Below, one piece after another: positions 59,713 through 64,000 of a DNA stretch of 64,000 nt. The position numbers were made by a program, and so were the translations under genes. Each line of letters starts with the position of its first letter. Position 1 is the stretch's first letter. Origin of the DNA: Octopus sinensis. Its lineage: Eukaryota. The stretch covers positions 112,530,001-112,594,000 of the forward strand of contig NC_043000.1 of the NCBI RefSeq assembly GCF_006345805.1. The letters run 5' to 3'. The notes under the pieces are model-generated. The model saw only the letters and a program-made list of their open reading frames with translations. It was not told where the DNA came from and made no database searches.

Positions 59713-60053
59713 TGTGCTTTTGTATATATATACATACAAACATGCATATATGGCTACAGGACGTCACCAACAGTAAACAACATGAAATACCAAAACAAAT
59801 GAGTTCAATACGCAAATAACGAGAGAAGCAAATAGAAAACAGGACAAGTAACATAAAGAACGACGTTTCATCATTTGTCGGCTGTCTATCTACTCCTCAT
59901 TTCGAGCATTGAACGACAATATGACTCTAGGAAGACAGTTGCTCCCATAAGTGCCAAAATAAAATTTAGGATTTATACACACACACCAAACACACTTATA
60001 TATATGCATATACATATATACATACATACACACACACACACACACATACACAC

Positions 60054-60097
<44 letters not shown>

Positions 60098-60591
60098 ATA
60101 TATATGTATATATTATATATATATGTATATATATAATATATATATATACATACATATATATATATATATATGTATATACGTATGTATATATAATATATAT
60201 ATATATACATGTATATATATATTGTATTTATACTACTACTACTACTTATACCACCACCACACCACCACCACCACCACCACTACTACTACTACTACTAAAC
60301 TCTCTGACGAAGCCCAGAGACACACCCAAGTACCTTAATCTTATCTACCAAATACTTCAGTTCACTGAAGGGATAAAAGTAGAATGTGGTATTATGGTCT
60401 CTTGGCTGAAACAGTTGTAGGATTTTATCCTACTTTCTATGTTCTGCATTATATATTTTAATAATTACTGGTATTTTTATATATTATATAGTAAAGCATA
60501 ATATATTACACATGTATGTATATTGCTATAATTCTCCTTTTTTAAAAAAAGAAAATAAATAGACATAATATAATGTCTATAAGTTTACTCC

Positions 60592-60664
<73 letters not shown>

Positions 60665-61779
60665 GATTATAAGATTCAGTTGAATTAGTACTTCAATCGA
60701 GGTACCTTTTTTAGGTCGGTCTAATCTGCAAACCCAAACAATATTAATTGAATATTGAGTATCAAAATTCTGTGCAGGAGTGTTTGCACCTGAAATTCCT
60801 GTCGTGTGTGTACGGACAGCGCAACCTAGTTGTATGTATGTGGGTGTGTGTATATCTATATATATATATATATATATACATTTATATACGCGCGCACGCG
60901 CACACACACACACACACATTCTTATTTTCGTCCTTTCGTCCACATATAATACGTGGCTTTGCGATAGCTCAAGACATGGGTATGAATATACATTGTGAAT
61001 AAGGACACACTGTTTTATGTAGGTCAAGGACAGAGTGGTCACTGGGCGAGGAACGGCCGTATTGTGTCCAGCAGTGATCGCACGCGTGAAGCTGTGTGTC
61101 CAAGAATGGCCGTAGGGGCGAGAGCAATGTGTTCAAGAATGATAGGACTTTGGCGAATCTGTGTGAGGTGGGACGCAGGGATGGTTGGGGTTGGGGCGAT
61201 AGCCCTGTGTCCAGGAATGGTTTGACTCTGTATGAAGGACTTAAGTTTCAATATTGTGACTCTGGTCTTTGAATTTTGGGGGTAGAACGTGTCGGAGACG
61301 GGGCAGGGGGGGGTCATTCTATTGATGTCTTGGGGTTTAGAAGACAGTGTCACTGACTGTGTCTTCTCACTGCTCCACCCTATGTTATAGTAGCTGCTGC
61401 TGTTGCTGCTGCTACTACTTCTACTTCTACTACTGTTGCTGCTGGTAGTACTACTTATACCACCACCGTCACCATCACCTCCACCAGAACTACTACTACT
61501 ACTACTACTATTGCAGCTGTTTTCTTAAATGAATCGTAGCCCTTATGAAAGTCAACGCAGCTAGCGTGTCATCACCCCCCCCCCCCCGCATCATCATCAT
61601 CGTCGTCGTCTTCATCATCAACATCCTTACCTCTCAACCATTCCCACCTCACTAAGATCATGGCCTCCTCCTCCTCCGCCCCTCCTTTCCTGCTCCTCCT
61701 CCTCCTCCTCGCCCCCAATTCTGTATCTTTAAATCATCTTTATACCATGTCATCATCATGTCAATACCCCCGCCTTCAC

Positions 61780-62120
61780 CATGCTTCGCGGCATTTCGTC
61801 CGTCTTTACGTTCTGAGTTCAAATTCCACTGGGGGTCGACTTTGCCTTTCATTCTTCCAGGGTCAATAAAATAAGTAGCACCCTAACCCCTAACTTGCTA
61901 GCCTTGGGCAAAAATTTGAAAACAATATGACGTCGTACATGAAGACGCGCAAGATGCTTGGCGGCATCTTGTCCATCTTCGGGCTCTGAGTTCAGATCCA
62001 GCTGAGGTCAACTTTTCTTTTTAATCATTTCGGGGTCGATAAAATAAAGTGCCACTCGGGGTCGATGTACTCACCTGCCCGCTCCGCCAAAATTTCAGAC
62101 CTCGCGCTGATAGGAGAAAG
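61780..62120 (+). mobile_element. Two adjacent SINEs, family A
   Basis: gcggcatttcgtccgtctttacgttctgagttcaaattcc... repeated at ~61780 and ~61955. Confidence 0.75.
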
Positions 62121-62372
62121 AAATATACGTTATCTAATTCATCCGACATTAATTTAAGTCTGGAAGGCCGGCGGCGGTGGCGGTGGTGGTGGTGATAGTT
62201 GTGTTAGTTGTTCTGTTTGTGTTGTCGTTGCTGATGGTGGTGGTGGTGGTGGTGATGGACGTAGATGTGTTAGGACAGACGTGTACAGGAAGGTGAAAGG
62301 CCAGGTTAATGAGACCATTGGAATGTAGAGGTTAGGAAAGAGTATGTGTGTGTGTGTGTCAAATAGATAGGA

Positions 62373-62427
<55 letters not shown>

Positions 62428-63564
62428 CGAGGTAAGGAGAGAGGGTGCGAGAGAGAGAGAGACAATGTGGAGAGGTGGAAGATTGACTGATCATAGATAC
62501 CTTACATAACACCTATAATCATCTGTTGTGTTGCTATCTCGGAAGACGATTCTCCCGGTCGTTAGACACGTACTGGATAGCTCTGACACTAGAGGCACAT
62601 CTTGAAACATCTACACACACACACACATATACACAAACATTACTCTCTCTGTCTGTCTCTTCCCCCCTCTCTCTCTCTCTCTACACACACACACATATAT
62701 ACACATATATATATATTACTTACATATATAGTTTGAAGAGCTACTAATAGTAAAATCTATGGAGCACTTTTTTGTTGATCTTACCTTAACAGGAGAGAGT
62801 AAACTATACCTACATATATACACACACACGTGTGTGTTTGTGTGTATGTATGTATGTATTCACACACGCAGGAATAGATTCCTACATGCGAAACTATTAG
62901 CAGCGCTCCCACCGCTATCATCACCATGACTATCAACCACAACAGTTACAGTCGGACATGACATTACGAGTGGAAGTCCAGTAATGAATGAAATCACATG
63001 GATTATTATTCAGTGGTTGTCTGGGGGTGGTGGAACGGGCAGGTGTGATGGTATTGGTGGATGTCAGACAAGCATAGAGACACTTTGACAGACAGACAGA
63101 CTGCTAGGGAGGTAGACGAACAGACGGACAAATAGATAGGGGGCAGAAATGTTTAGCTTGTACAATGCTTCCCTCCAAAAAAGACAAAAAAAAAATCCTC
63201 ACTAAAAACACATCTTGGTTGAATTAAACCGAAAATGGAAACTAGACCGAAACGGGACAAAATTTGGGCTCAGTTCAACACTTCCCCATTTCTCTGCATT
63301 TTAAAAGTATTTTAAAGTTTATTTATAAAGCCTTAAATGATACAAGATTTACTATTGATTGCTCTCAAGTTTGATAAATTTTTTGCTTCAAAAGTTTTTC
63401 TATTACTGTAATCATGCCTCGCCATATCGTGGGTCACCTAGTACATCACGGTTCACCTATCGCGCACTCATTACATCGCGGATTTTTTTGGCTAATACAT
63501 GTCAATTTATATCGCGGACTCCTCAGTATATATAGGTTTCTGCGGCCGATAGGTATACTCTTTT

Positions 63565-63710
63565 ACTCTTTTACTTGTTTCAGTCATTTGGCTGCGGCTA
63601 TGCTGGAGCACCGCCTTTAATCAAACAAATCAGCTCCAGGAGTTATTCTTTGTAAACCTAGTACTTATTCTATCGATGGTTTTTTTACGGAACCGCTAAG
63701 TTACGGGGAC
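63565..63710 (-). mobile_element. SINE, family B, 3' part
   Basis: ttttacttgtttcagtcatttggctgcggctatgctggagcaccgcc...gttacgggga. Confidence 0.8.
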
Positions 63711-63839
63711 AAGACTTTAATTATTTCTGTGGGAGGTTCTGGAACGTAATACCCACGATTTCCAGAATTTCAGTATTTCATGTCTCTCATTTAAACCTTT
63801 GAAGAAAGCGAACCTTTACTGCTTCCAAATGTTGGTACA

Positions 63840-64000
63840 AGGCCAGTAATTTCGGGGAGGGTTAAGACGATTACATCGGCACCAGTGCATAACTGGTACT
63901 TATTTTACCGACCTCAGAAGAATGAAAAACAAAATGGACCTCGGTGGAATTTGAACTCAGGACGTAACGATGGACGAAATGTCGCTAAGTATTTTGCACG
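63840..64000 (-). mobile_element. SINE, family A (runs off the window end)
   Basis: aactggtacttattttaccgacc...gacctcggtggaatttgaactcag. Confidence 0.75.

Noticed and set aside
59840-60330. Partial hammerhead-like strings (GAAACGUC on minus at ~59.87 kb; CTGACGAAG at ~60.31 kb)
   Set aside because: Each lacks the other half of the core and the helices; too degenerate to call.

Overview
AT-rich, microsatellite- and SINE-dense animal genomic DNA. The repeat content looks like an octopus (coleoid cephalopod) genome; that is an inference. Two host genes are supported. (1) The 3' part of a CAMSAP/Patronin gene on + (spliced exons about 751-21480, encoding the CKK microtubule-binding domain), which contains two paralogous 72-nt exons in tandem and is probably followed by a long 3'UTR. 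(2) An apparently intronless 880-aa ORF (30438-33080, +) with a hydrophobic N-terminus, a PAN/apple-like Cys motif, a long coiled coil and two C-type lectin domains. The rest is transposon-derived: a 5'-truncated but stop-free RTE LINE in a CAMSAP intron, relics of CR1-, L2-, R4-, CRE-, DIRS- and mariner-like elements, hAT and Tc/mariner MITEs, a short Helitron, four tRNA-derived SINE families, and a 100-N gap. The most unusual signal is a set of three unrelated short non-coding repeat families. Each inserts as divergent inverted arms; two of the three families show 9-13 bp target-site duplications; and each carries a candidate minimal hammerhead ribozyme with a palindromic helix III. This looks like Penelope/retrozyme-type mobile RNA, and one family is fused to a tRNA-like head. 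All alignments, folds and family assignments were made by eye; no database search was run, and SINE and relic coordinates are approximate.
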